Assembly: GCA_002104905.1 (NCBI GenBank)
Contig: MCFE01000101.1
Location: forward strand, 108,276-172,275
DNA: 64,000 bases
Source of the DNA: Basidiobolus meristosporus CBS 931.73
Taxonomy: Eukaryota > Fungi > Basidiobolomycota
Direction of reading: 5' to 3'
The notes beneath the pieces were generated by a model. The model was not told where the DNA came from, did no database searches, and saw only the letters and a list, made by a program, of their open reading frames with translations. The translations under genes were made by a program, and so were the position numbers. Shown in pieces: positions 41,104 to 51,410 of this stretch (position 1 is the first letter of the stretch; every line of letters starts with the position of its first letter).

Positions 41104-44100
41104 TTATACTAATATAATATTATACCACTCCTCTTCGTTTCCGCCGGCTGCTCCGTGCTTTGACGCTCTTCTTCTCTTTTTCACAAATCCACTATCAACC
41201 ATGAGATTCTCCACCTCAGCTGGTGAGGCTATTGAGGGGTTCTTGACTTTGTGTGAGCGACACCATTGCAGGTAGGCATCATAGAGCACTGCTGAGGACA
41301 CATACGAGTATGGCTTCACTTCTATGCAGTCATCTACGAACTCATTGAAGCTCTGCTCTTGTCCGCTGGACTGACTTTCGTTGGGAGTTTCTCCCGAGAA
41401 CTCGCTTTCACCATCAGGAATGGTCGGGGGAGAGAGATAATTGCTAGATCTAGCATGTGCCATATTGTAGTTGGGGTTGGTATTCGGGTTGGGACTAGGT
41501 AGGTCCACAACGCTTCTGCTGGCTCTTGGAGACGTGCTGTTGGAAACATTTGCCATTGGCGAGTACATGTGTCCGTTTGAACCAGGGGGCATGGACAACC
41601 GCAAGTTGCCGACAGAAGAGCTAGCAGCACGAATCTGTTGTGGGTGGAATGAGCTATTTGCATAAGCTCCGCTTACTTGTGGATCCGCGTACGATTGTCT
41701 GGCGTGGAGAGGTGGGTGTTGCGGCGACTGGAGGGGCATAGTATCAGGCATCATTTGCGGCGGCATTGACATCCTCATGTTGCGCTGAGAAGGAATTCCG
41801 CTTGGGTATCCAGCGGGAATCGGTTTGGCGTGGGGGTTAAGGGCACCATAGTGAGTATGGCGATTGCTAGGTGGTGCTTGACTTCTAGAATGCGTGGGGT
41901 ACATCGAATGACGGTTGAGGGATTTCCCCAGAGACTGGTTTTCATTCTCTACATGTAGACGAGGATACAACGACGTTGGTCGGTTCATCTGGGGAGGCTT
42001 GGCCATTGATGACATGCGCTTCGATTGTGGCATTTGGTGCATCGACAGTCGGCTGTCGTAGTTATGGCCACCCATCGAGGCCCCGTAAGCGCTCTGGCTA
42101 CGAAGATCGCGATATGCAGAGCTATGGCGATACTGCCGACGAGCCATCTCATCTCTGTAGAGGATCTGTTGGCGCTGTTCGTGCATCATTCGCTCTTTCT
42201 CTCTCTCAATGGCTCTTCCACGCTGTCTTTCAAGTTCAGCCTGGGCACTGCCGGAGTTGGCATTTGTGTAACGTGGCGCAGCCTTGAATTGCTGACGAGC
42301 AGCAATTGCTCCAACCAAGCCAGCCGCTGCCGAGTTGATGTGCTTCTTCTTATTAGGGATTCCTTGGATTAATGGACCGTACCTTGGCTGATCCTTCTGC
42401 GCCTGTTTAGCGGCCTCGTATTGAGCCAACAGGCCAGGGGGTCTAGGGGGATATATCGGACGTTCTTCATGGTAGCTGTCTCCATCAAAGCCGTATTCTT
42501 GGGAATTTACGGCCATCATTCGTTGACGCTCAATTTGCTCTCGTCTTCTGTCGACGGACAGCTGTGGGCTCGAGTAATTCATTTGTTCCTCTTCATAGGG
42601 GTATGAGTCGTCATCCTCTGGGATGGTGCCTGAGAACTGATGAGAGGACTCGACGCCCCTGTGCATGTCTGACTGGCTGTGGGATCTACTACGGTAGCCA
42701 GCCTTATGTAAGGCCTCCTCTGAGAGTGAGCTGGATGAGGTGGATGCCGAATATCTGATTCTTGGAGGATAGGGTGCATAGCCACTAGGCGATATGCCTC
42801 TAGATTCCCTATGCTCAGAGCTCACCACAGAAACACTATCGCTGTTGTTGGAGCTGGCAATACGAGGCGAATGTGGCACTGGGGATGGATTTTGAGAATC
42901 GGAATGGACGGAGTTGGCATCATCTTCGGGGATGCTTAGTGTAGGTCTAGGTGGAGCGACTACTTCATCCTGCGCCTTCGGTTTGCCTTCAGGAGCAGAG
43001 CCGAGTTGATTGGCCTCGGTGGCAATTGAGTTGTTACCGTCCTCGGATTCCGAATTGGAATCAACGATCTCTTCCTCATCCTCCTCGGAATCACTAGGCA
43101 GAATGCCGTGCGACTTCTTGCGATATTTGTCCGTGTTTCTGGGTTTGATTCCAAGCTCCTCTTTCAATACCACCTCAGATTCGCTCTGCACCTCGGTCAT
43201 TTCGTTGCTTGGCACTTGTTGCTCGCCCTCGAAGTTGGGCTCGTCGGAATGAGATATAGAATCGGTCTCTGGTAGGGACTGGGATTCCAGTGATCTTGCG
43301 CGATCGGAGCTCTCTACACTGCCATCCTCGATATACATATCATCCAGCTGGTCAGTAAGCTGCTCTTCAATCTGATACTCCCGCTGTAGTTGATAATAGA
43401 ACGCATCGTTGAATTGGACCTTGGCATAAGCCAGACTGGCGTTTTTGATAGAGATGTGATGCACATCCTCAAGTTGCAGAAACAGGGCTTGATCATCGGA
43501 TGGGGCAGGAGGGATGAACAGTTGCTCTGGTCTGCCTAGCAGTCTATAGGCATCGAATGAGGAGATAAGCCACTCCGCAAGCTCTTTCTGCGTTGCCGTC
43601 TTCACAAGCAGGAACCCGCAATCCTTCTGATTCTTGCTTGGTTGCATGAAATGCATCAACCCCTCTACTTTGAAAGTGGTCAACTGCTCGACTTCATGAG
43701 GGCTATTAGGGTATACGGCGTAGGCTTGGGTGACCTTTGATATGATGATAGCTGGCTGGGATTTCTTGTTTTCGTACAGAAGGATCTGCGCAAAGTCCGG
43801 TGTGGTACCGGGGGAGTTGTCCAGAATCGCCCAGTATTTCTTCCATTGGGCTGAGCCAGGGTATTTTATCTCGATGTCCCCTTCCATCGAGGTATGGTAG
43901 ATGTAAAACATATCGGCATGCTCAGGGCGAGTTAGCAAGACATATGTAAACATCTCGTGAAGTTTGGAAAACTCATAACACGACAGGTATATCGCGCATA
44001 CCCAGTCATTCACATCTTTCTCGCTCTCCGCCTGGATGTAAAACCGGTTGGCGCCCGAAGTGTTCAACGAGAACACGTTGTCCTTTTTCTTCTTTAGTGT

Positions 44101-44439
44101 TCCGATCACTTCCACGACGGAGTCCGATATGTTTAAGAAGTTGGGTGATGTCTGGGAGCATATGCCCTCGATGTCTTGGATTGTGTGGGTCTTTTCGGCC
44201 TTCCAAAATACGAGAGTGGGCCCTCGAAGCTCCACATACCACCTGGTCCAACTCTTCATGGAGTAACTTTTTCCTTCAGGGGTGGTTTCATTTTTCTTAT
44301 TCAAGAAGCCTGACATGTATAGTTTACTGTTGTACCCCTCATAGTATGGGACAATGGAGAGGATGTCGGAAGGGAGATCGGCCTCTCCATTCGAATGATC
44401 ACCAGGGCTTTGTATAGCGGAAGTATGTGAATCCATCAC
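41104..44439 (-). CDS. Skg3/Caf120-like PH-domain protein with a long low-complexity region and a C-terminal winged-helix-like domain, intronless
   Basis: KLYMSGFLNKKN...SWTRWYVELRGPTLVFW, FSLNTSGANRF, YEFSKLHEMFT, second PH-like region (SAQWKKYWAIL, FDAYRLLGRP). Confidence 0.8.
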   Translation of the reverse strand: MMDSHTSAIQSPGDHSNGEADLPSDILSIVPYYEGYNSKLYMSGFLNKKNETTPEGKSYSMKSWTRWYVELRGPTLVFWKAEKTHTIQDIEGICSQTSPNFLNISDSVVEVIGTLKKKKDNVFSLNTSGANRFYIQAESEKDVNDWVCAIYLSCYEFSKLHEMFTYVLLTRPEHADMFYIYHTSMEGDIEIKYPGSAQWKKYWAILDNSPGTTPDFAQILLYENKKSQPAIIISKVTQAYAVYPNSPHEVEQLTTFKVEGLMHFMQPSKNQKDCGFLLVKTATQKELAEWLISSFDAYRLLGRPEQLFIPPAPSDDQALFLQLEDVHHISIKNASLAYAKVQFNDAFYYQLQREYQIEEQLTDQLDDMYIEDGSVESSDRARSLESQSLPETDSISHSDEPNFEGEQQVPSNEMTEVQSESEVVLKEELGIKPRNTDKYRKKSHGILPSDSEEDEEEIVDSNSESEDGNNSIATEANQLGSAPEGKPKAQDEVVAPPRPTLSIPEDDANSVHSDSQNPSPVPHSPRIASSNNSDSVSVVSSEHRESRGISPSGYAPYPPRIRYSASTSSSSLSEEALHKAGYRSRSHSQSDMHRGVESSHQFSGTIPEDDDSYPYEEEQMNYSSPQLSVDRRREQIERQRMMAVNSQEYGFDGDSYHEERPIYPPRPPGLLAQYEAAKQAQKDQPRYGPLIQGIPNKKKHINSAAAGLVGAIAARQQFKAAPRYTNANSGSAQAELERQRGRAIEREKERMMHEQRQQILYRDEMARRQYRHSSAYRDLRSQSAYGASMGGHNYDSRLSMHQMPQSKRMSSMAKPPQMNRPTSLYPRLHVENENQSLGKSLNRHSMYPTHSRSQAPPSNRHTHYGALNPHAKPIPAGYPSGIPSQRNMRMSMPPQMMPDTMPLQSPQHPPLHARQSYADPQVSGAYANSSFHPQQIRAASSSVGNLRLSMPPGSNGHMYSPMANVSNSTSPRASRSVVDLPSPNPNTNPNYNMAHARSSNYLSPPTIPDGESEFSGETPNESQSSGQEQSFNEFVDDCIEVKPYSYVSSAVLYDAYLQWCRSHKVKNPSIASPAEVENLMVDSGFVKKRRRASKHGAAGGNEEEWYNIILV

Positions 44440-45232
44440 TCGAAGTATAGTGATGCCTGCTGCTAGATGGACACGGGCAAATAAGGATAAATGTCAAAAA
44501 GCCACAACAGATTACTTTTCATTGAGCGCTACCTTTTGTGGACAATCAAGTGTCTTTTGTGATGGCTGATCGAGCGATGTCAGCCTATGTAAACAGGAGC
44601 GGGACCAAGTTACCTCAAATCAAAATGAGCTCAAAAGTGGATGCTGTCTCGAAGAGCGATGGAGATAGAGAGCCAGATTAGTCAACGAAGAGACGAGCCG
44701 GGGGAGCAGATAAAACTCACCACGCAAGTTTGGCGAACACCAAAACCAAAATGAAGTAGAGTGTAAGAAAGCTAAGAGGTAAAAGTAGAAGGCCCAAATA
44801 GCCAGATAGTATCTGGTGTGGATGGATCGAAGGATACACAAAGGTAATACAAATTTGGGACTAATATAAGATGTATAAAAGCCAGTGAGATTTAGAAAGG
44901 CAAATTAAATGTCCCTAGGAGCTAAATGGGGAGCTTCAGAGTTGGTAGAGGAACACAATCCAGATTTGATGAATGCCATTGTTGCTATCCTAATTATAAC
45001 TGGGAAATTCCATTTTAATGATGTTTATCTTCAAAACCCACGGATTCTTCCAATTTAGGACTAAAATGGCAATCAAGTCGAAAATAAAACATGCATCTCA
45101 ATGCTAAGACCGATTGTAAAAAGGAGATGAGCTTCTAGAAGGACGTGGTACGGGTGCCTTACAGTGATGCAGGGTGTCTGCATTCAATGGTACTTTGGCA
45201 GTTGCAAGCTTGCCGACAATCAAGGATACAGC

Positions 45233-45321
45233 GTAGCTGGGATAGGCATCCTGCTGGTCATGTAGCTGGGGATAGGCATCCTGCTGGTCATGTAGCTGGG
45301 AATAGGCATCCTGCTGGCCAT
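45233..45321. repeat. About 30-bp tandem repeat x3
   Basis: GTAGCTGGG(G/A)ATAGGCATCCTGCTGG(T/C)CAT x3. Confidence 0.9.
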
Positions 45322-45409
45322 TCTCGGTTTATTTATGATGTTGCTCTACTCAATAACAAATACACTTCATCTAGGCACGCTAAGTGATGTGGAAGCAATG
45401 GCTGTAACT

Positions 45410-45760
45410 CTAGGCGATCTGGAAGTAATGGCTGTAACGCTCAGCGCCTGTATCCGCAATGAACCGAACCGCATATTTATCACCAGGCTTCAAATCGGAT
45501 GGGACTTTCCAGATGTGCGATTCTTCGTTGACGTCAATATCCTTGGCAATGGTGCGAGATAAAGCAAGATTCTCAGCCGGCCCTTCACGTAGCTCGATGG
45601 TTAGGGATGTTTCCAAATCCTGCTCCTCAATGATCCATTCAATGTCGATGTATTCACCACGTGTCCATTTGGTAGTTGCCACCGGGCTGGTAATGCTCAT
45701 GTTAGCTTGAGATAGAGTGGCCATGGCAAGAATGGCAGCCAAGTAGAACGATTTGAACAT
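45410..45760 (-). CDS. Small secreted Kre9/Knh1-N-like (PF10342-type) beta-sandwich protein, paralogue 1
   Basis: Signal peptide MFKSFYLAAILAMATLSQA; ITSP...W..G...IEW...TIEL..G...W.VP..L..G.KYAVR...YSHYF pattern. Confidence 0.75.
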   Translation of the reverse strand: MFKSFYLAAILAMATLSQANMSITSPVATTKWTRGEYIDIEWIIEEQDLETSLTIELREGPAENLALSRTIAKDIDVNEESHIWKVPSDLKPGDKYAVRFIADTGAERYSHYFQIA

Positions 45761-46096
45761 GATAGTGTTGGTGATATCAGGAAGAGAGGTTGAATGATGT
45801 ATTCTGTGTATCTTCAGGGTTTATATATTTCTGTTCGTTGTGAATTTTCCTGTTCATGCCATAAATGCCCGAGAAGCCTAATTGTTCTCATTATAGTTAG
45901 AGTAGTGTTCGCTAATTGTTCGCAGCTTAGCCAGAATAATATTCACCGATTGTTCTCCAAGGTGCTTGTGGGGATTTATGTTACAATGGGCGCTGTTGAT
46001 AGGCATTTTACAGTATTTTGGTTTTTGCCAACACTAGAATAATGTTAGGTGAGTATTCAATAATAGACTGGTGTTTGGGTATAAATGTTTTTTCCG

Positions 46097-46198
46097 ATAC
46101 TGGACTAGTGCTTGAATATCAATGTCAAAGCATTTGTCAATACTGGACTAGCGCCTGAGTGTAAATGCCTTTGTCGATACTGGACTAGTGTCTGAGTG
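46097..46198. repeat. Degenerate ~37-44-bp repeat x3 adjoining the palindrome's outer arm
   Basis: ATACTGGACTAGYGYYTGA... three times; the last two share TGAGTGTAAAWGCCTTT. Confidence 0.8.
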
Positions 46199-46296
46199 TA
46201 AAAGCCTTTTTATTAAGTGTTTTGTGTAGGATCCAATATATGTGTGAAGTACAGAATGGGCGGTAGTATTAATGGTATACATTGCTAGAGAGCTCC

Positions 46297-46647
46297 CTAT
46301 TTGATCTTGAAGTAGTGGCTGTAGCGATCGGCTCCCTTGTCAGAGATGACACGGATGGAGTACTTATCACCGGCCTCTAGGTCCTCCGGCACAGTCCAAT
46401 CGAAGGACTCAAAGTTGGCATCAGCATCAGTGGTGATCTCATAGACCAATGCCAGGTTAGCCTTGGGGCCCTCGCGAAGCTCGATGGTAACGGTCTCAGC
46501 AAGATCAGCCTCGTCGATCTTCCACTCAATAGTCACCTCTTCGCCACGAGTCCATTCAGTGTGCTCGACAGGATGGATGATAGAGATCTCAGCTGCAACT
46601 GAGAGGAGCGTGAAGAGCAGGAAGATACTGATGATAAAGGCGCGCAT
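46297..46647 (-). CDS. Small secreted Kre9/Knh1-N-like protein, paralogue 2
   Basis: MRAFIISIFLLFTLLSVAA signal plus a mature domain identical to paralogue 3; TATA-like element at about 46688. Confidence 0.8.
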   Translation of the reverse strand: MRAFIISIFLLFTLLSVAAEISIIHPVEHTEWTRGEEVTIEWKIDEADLAETVTIELREGPKANLALVYEITTDADANFESFDWTVPEDLEAGDKYSIRVISDKGADRYSHYFKIK

Positions 46648-46927
46648 TTTCAGTTTGATGTACACTTGGCGATACTGCCAGCCCCAATATATAGGATTTG
46701 AGCCATAATGAGCATTATACTTACTACAATAGGCTAGTGCATGGCATTATATTAAAATGGTTAGGATTGGGATTTATTTCAAGTACCACTCCTTTCCACG
46801 ATGCCCGCTTCTGTAGGGAGCGAGGTCGAGCAATGCACTCCCAAGATAATCGCGAAATTCTCCTTCACTCGTTTGTATAAAAGCCATCAGTCGTCACTAG
46901 CATACACTATCAACATCCACCACAGCA

Positions 46928-47281
46928 ATGTACAAGAAGCTTGTATTCCTTTTGGCCTTATTTGCCCTTTTTTTCGTTTCCACCGCGGAAATATCCATTA
47001 TCCACCCGGTCGAGCACACTGAATGGACTCGTGGCGAAGAGGTGACTATTGAGTGGAAGATCGACGAGGCTGATCTTGCTGAGACCGTTACCATCGAGCT
47101 TCGCGAGGGCCCCAAGGCTAACCTGGCATTGGTCTATGAGATCACCACTGATGCTGATGCCAACTTTGAGTCCTTCGATTGGACTGTGCCGGAGGACCTA
47201 GAGGCCGGTGATAAGTACTCCATCCGTGTCATCTCTGACAAGGGAGCCGATCGCTACAGCCACTACTTCAAGATCAAATAG
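46928..47281 (+). CDS. Small secreted Kre9/Knh1-N-like protein, paralogue 3
   Basis: TATAAAA at about 46876; MYKKLVFLLALFALFFVSTA signal plus the same mature domain. Confidence 0.8.
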   Translation: MYKKLVFLLALFALFFVSTAEISIIHPVEHTEWTRGEEVTIEWKIDEADLAETVTIELREGPKANLALVYEITTDADANFESFDWTVPEDLEAGDKYSIRVISDKGADRYSHYFKIK

Positions 47282-48222
47282 GGAGCTCTCTAGCAATGTA
47301 TACCATTAATACTACCGCCCATTCTGTACTTCACACATATATTGGATCCTACAGAAGCCACCTAATATTCAAATAAATACCTGCGCTTGCAAAGTACATC
47401 ATTAGCATTCATATGTGATGGTAGTTGAGCATTCTTTTTATATCTACATCAGGCAGTGCGAGCTGCTCTTTCGGCTTTAGGTACTCAACATTTGCTTGGA
47501 GTTTGGAATGATAGCAACTATCGCCTTACAATCTGGAATGACAGCAACTATTGCTCAATGATTGATTGATGTGGTCGTGGTATTCCTACTTCTACAGGGA
47601 TTGCCCCAAGAACATGTGAGCAAGGTTTGGGGGCTTTGGACAACTTAATAACCATGGCTATCTAGGTACCTAACATTTCGGTTGAAGCATTCCAAGTAAA
47701 TCCCAATAAAGAATCTGGCCAGGAAATAGCAAAGACCATAAGCTAGGATCTAAGCTAGGATCTAAATAGCAATGCCAAGAATATATTATTTTGCAAAGTC
47801 ATGCAAAAGACAAATTTCAAATATCCAAGTTAGATGTTGCCTAAATACTCTATAAGCAAAAAGTATACTTGTATCAAGTACCGGGAGCTTTGAGATTTTT
47901 GGCAGAAAGGACGGAATTGTGAGTGGATGCCACTTCCCTTAATAAACACTGCATCCAGTGTCTGCTGGAATACGTGTAAAGTTAGACTATTTTCAAATTT
48001 TGCCCATGCGTCTCATACTATTTGGGGAGCAGAAATTGATCCATCTATAATAGCTATGAAACAATGTGCACGCTTGGTATTCATAGTTTGTAAACAATGG
48101 TTGCCGACAAGTAGTAATGATCAACGATTGCTGATGGTAACCGGGAAGAGATGTCAGTGCTGAAATAGGAGGGGATGGAGCTATGATGCAGCAGTGGTGA
48201 CAACGGAAATGATGACCGTAAT

Positions 48223-48323
48223 GGTGGAAGCTGGAGGTTGGAAATGAAAATGAAGGTGGAAGCTGGAGATTGGAAATGAAAATGAAGGTGGAAGCTGGAG
48301 GTTGGAAATGAAAATGAAGGTGG
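48223..48323. repeat. 32-bp tandem repeat x3
   Basis: GGTGGAAGCTGGAG(G/A)TTGGAAATGAAAATGAA x3 plus GGTGG. Confidence 0.95.
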
Positions 48324-48547
48324 CTATGGAAGCAACGACAATGATGTCGGAAATGTGTGTAAAGTCTCATGATATCAAGTATAGTAAATAGCCTTGGATC
48401 GGTGGGCAGCAACATTCTGATTTCTCCGTGTGGCTTATCCGTGCAAGTGACGAGAATTCACCAAAATGTGAAACGATTCCAAACATGTTTGACAATTTGG
48501 CCGTTTATAAAGGACGAGGGTGCGGTAAAGATCAAGGTTTATTGAAC

Positions 48548-49285
48548 ATGCTTTACGCCAGCATCTTGATCGCACTGCCAGCTCTGCAGTTTGCAACTGC
48601 CGGCCCTACGGAAACTGAATGGTACTACGAAACGTACCCTGGAAGCTGGGAATATGTGACCTATAATGTTCCCGAGAAAAAGTGCAGTGCACCAGCTGTG
48701 CAAGCTCCATTCAATAACAAAGCGATTTCTTTCCATGAAAAAAAGGATCCCGCCACATTTGATTCCAACCCAGGAAGTGACCACGGCATCACCGCAAAAT
48801 CCGTAATAAAGGCTGGTTTGAAGCCTGGAAAGATAGTTCGTGTGAATGGGTTTGCCTACCAATTTGCCTACTGGGGTAGGGGTAAGAATGATAATTGGAT
48901 TGAGAAGGGCCAACAGGTAAAGGTAACCACAGTGCCCGGAGCTAACCGTTTAGGTTTCCTATTAGCCAGCAACATGGGGAATTTCGGGGGGAAATTTGAA
49001 ATTGTCTACACTGACTGCAGCTCCAAGAGTGCGGATGTGGGGGCCACTGACTGGAAATGGACAGTTGCAAGAGCTCCGGGAAATACCGTTGCACTCAGGG
49101 ATCTAGTCGCTTCCCCCAATAAGCTAGAAGTGCGCCTGTATTCCACCGAAGTACCAATTGATGCTGGCAAAGAGATTGCATATGTCAAATTTCCCACTGC
49201 AGTTTATCCAATCCGCCCATATAAGAAAGGTCACAATGGGCATGTTCATGTGTTTGCCATAGCTACCAAAAAAGCTCCCCATTGA
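48548..49285 (+). CDS. Secreted protein (245 aa) resembling the actinobacterial GH92-associated C-terminal beta-sandwich domain, intronless
   Basis: Signal MLYASILIALPALQFATA; ordered motifs FNNKAIS, ATFD, GLKPG, DNW...GQ, LGFLLAS, IVYTD.S, TDW, GNTVA, VPIDAGKEIAYVKFP, HVHVFAIA. The family match is from memory, not a search. Confidence 0.7.
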   Translation: MLYASILIALPALQFATAGPTETEWYYETYPGSWEYVTYNVPEKKCSAPAVQAPFNNKAISFHEKKDPATFDSNPGSDHGITAKSVIKAGLKPGKIVRVNGFAYQFAYWGRGKNDNWIEKGQQVKVTTVPGANRLGFLLASNMGNFGGKFEIVYTDCSSKSADVGATDWKWTVARAPGNTVALRDLVASPNKLEVRLYSTEVPIDAGKEIAYVKFPTAVYPIRPYKKGHNGHVHVFAIATKKAPH

Positions 49286-50677
49286 TCGGAAATAAACATG
49301 TGAGTGGTATACATCAAGCATCCGAGACTCCAATGTCTTATAGATAGTTCATTTTATACACGAACTTCCTAATATTTTGTGGCTCTAAGTGAAGGATCAG
49401 CAGCCAGAAAATGAGCTTATCAATTATATTATCAAAGTTTGAATAATAGTTGTGTAGCAGTGAACCATAATAATGTAAGAGATACTAGATGCGCATTAAA
49501 GACAGCTTGTAGATGATCCATGAGCTGCAACTGGCTTGTTTGAATCACTAATGTATTGTTATTGCCTTTATATCCAGAGGTAGCTGATAGTAAGCATGTT
49601 GAGTGAACTCAAATAATCAAAGAATGAGGAAAGCCAATGATAGGTACATGGGGATTAAGGTTGATTTTGCCACATTCAATCTTAGTATATTGCAGGTATA
49701 ATAATAAGATGGTTTGAGGAAGAAGCCTGAATGCATTCATGTTGCATCAGTATATTGGCTTCTTACTGCAATGTCTTAATGTTACTGCCATTTGCTGCCT
49801 ATTAAAAACTTGGTTTTGCTTACTTAAGATCGGAGAGTGTTGAGGCTATGTCAATCCTTCATAGGTACACAACTATTGATGCTTACTGGAATTCTCTTTG
49901 CATCTAGTGTTGCACTTCTGTTAACTTGGTATTAACAGATTTGGTATCTCTTTAATTGTTTGACTGCAGTGAATGCAGTGGCTTGCTAGCAGAATCAGCT
50001 CTATTAGGTGAGTATTTAGGTGCAATTACAAATTTCTACAACATCAATAAAGGTTCTGGTTAAGTAAGAGCAACTATGTAATAAAGTCCAGTGTTTACAC
50101 TATATATCTAATTTTTTATGCTTACTAGATATTAGATAATCTTGTTAAGGGAGTCATATTTTAAGGAAAACAGATAAAGGTCAATGAATACTTGATATTT
50201 TTTAGGACTTGAAAGTACTAACCTAGCATGATGCACCAACCTTGCAGATATGGAAGTGCCTTGAGCAACAAGTAGATACAAAGCATTGACTTAAAGGTCT
50301 ATCAAATGTAAGAGTGATTCTTATCCATGACAAGGTCTTGGCACACAAATACTTGGAGTATGCTACCATAAATCTCAGGTACATCTGTGCAAAGTCTGAG
50401 GGCTTTGGCCATCTTAGAGAATCTTTATGCTCTGTATACCAAGTATTATATAGGCATTTTCAAAGTAAATTCCAATCAAGATTTAAGCAATACATGGAAA
50501 GCACATAAACAACAATATATGTGGTTATGTAATGGAGTACATATCTGCAGGTATAAAGTTTGTTACACTAAGAGCCTTTTACAGTTTGAATAGTCCAAAC
50601 AATCAGTATTGTAGTCCAGTGGACATTGATTAAGGCTGGGTTGCACACTTCTAAGAGCTTTTCTGCATCAATAAAAG

Positions 50678-51040
50678 TGTTGTCATTATTAGGTTGTCGC
50701 CTAAATATTCATGCTAGCTTAGTCACTTATATCATTACCTACAAATCTTTGAGAATTCTGAGCAAATTTCTTGTCGCCCAAATTTCTTGTTGGGATTTAC
50801 TTAAAACATTTTCATCAAATTATCAGGTACCCAGAACATGAGATTTCGTTAAGTTGCTCAAAAGACCCCAAACTTTGCACACATATTCTTAGGACCTTCC
50901 TTAATAAGCTCTACAGGCTTGTTTGTCTTACTTTATCAAAAGTATAAATACCATACTTTTGATCAATAAATCTACAAGTGAAAACCACATAATCTGCTGT
51001 TCTTCCAATCACTTCCAATATCTCCAAAACTCTTACAGCA
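50678..51040 (+). mobile_element. Diverged solo LTR of the same copia family, with a 5-bp target-site duplication
   Basis: TGTTGTCA...TTACAGCA; collinear with LTR 58698-59046 (CTAAATATTC, AGGTACCCAGAACATGA, AAGTGAAAACCACATAATCT, CCAATCACTTCCAATATCTCCAA); AAAAG on both sides (50673-77 and 51041-45). Confidence 0.88.
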
Positions 51041-51280
51041 AAAAGTAGCACCTCAGATCAAGATATACTATTACTCTGACTCATACAAAGGGCTTTACAC
51101 TCTGGCCAAAAGTTATGGTTATTTCGTAACTGCCAATTGCCTGGAATATTGCAAAGTAACTTAAAGCACCAGGAATACATGCGGACTTATTCCTGAGCTT
51201 AAGCAGGTATATTTGATTATGCCCTGGAGGCAATAACCATCAGAGTAGGGACCTGCCACACCGCGCTTGAGGGGCTAATA

Positions 51281-51410
51281 ATTGCCAACCAGCGAAATAG
51301 CTATCTCGTTAATAAAACATATAAAAACCAAGTACTACAAAGGTATATTTCTGACAAGCGGGCAGAAAAAGGGTCATGTTGTGAAAGCTTATAAAAAAGG
51401 CCCTAAGCAC
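51281..51410. repeat. Degenerate copy of the segment at about 56534-56660 (retroelement-end relic)
   Basis: Shared blocks in the same order: ATTGCCAAC, CCAAGT.CTAC, AAGGGTCAT.TTGTGAAAGC.TATAA. Confidence 0.55.

Larger units (their letters stand above)
46225..47353. repeat. Palindrome: identical 345-bp inverted arms (46225-46569 and 47009-47353) with a 439-bp spacer
   Basis: Compared by eye, no mismatch was found from GTCGAGCAC to ATTGGATCCTACA; identity stops abruptly at both ends. Confidence 0.92.

Noticed and set aside
46097-48323. 30-40-bp repeats as a CRISPR-like array
   Set aside because: Units are directly adjacent or degenerate, with no unique spacers; eukaryotic context and no cas genes.
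47993-48415. 140-aa His/Phe-rich minus-strand ORF
   Set aside because: Produced by the 32-bp tandem repeat read through shifting frames.
49330-50670. AT-rich, CpG-poor stretch, probably a decayed transposon
   Set aside because: Many stops in all frames and no motif I could assign, so it is not annotated as a feature.
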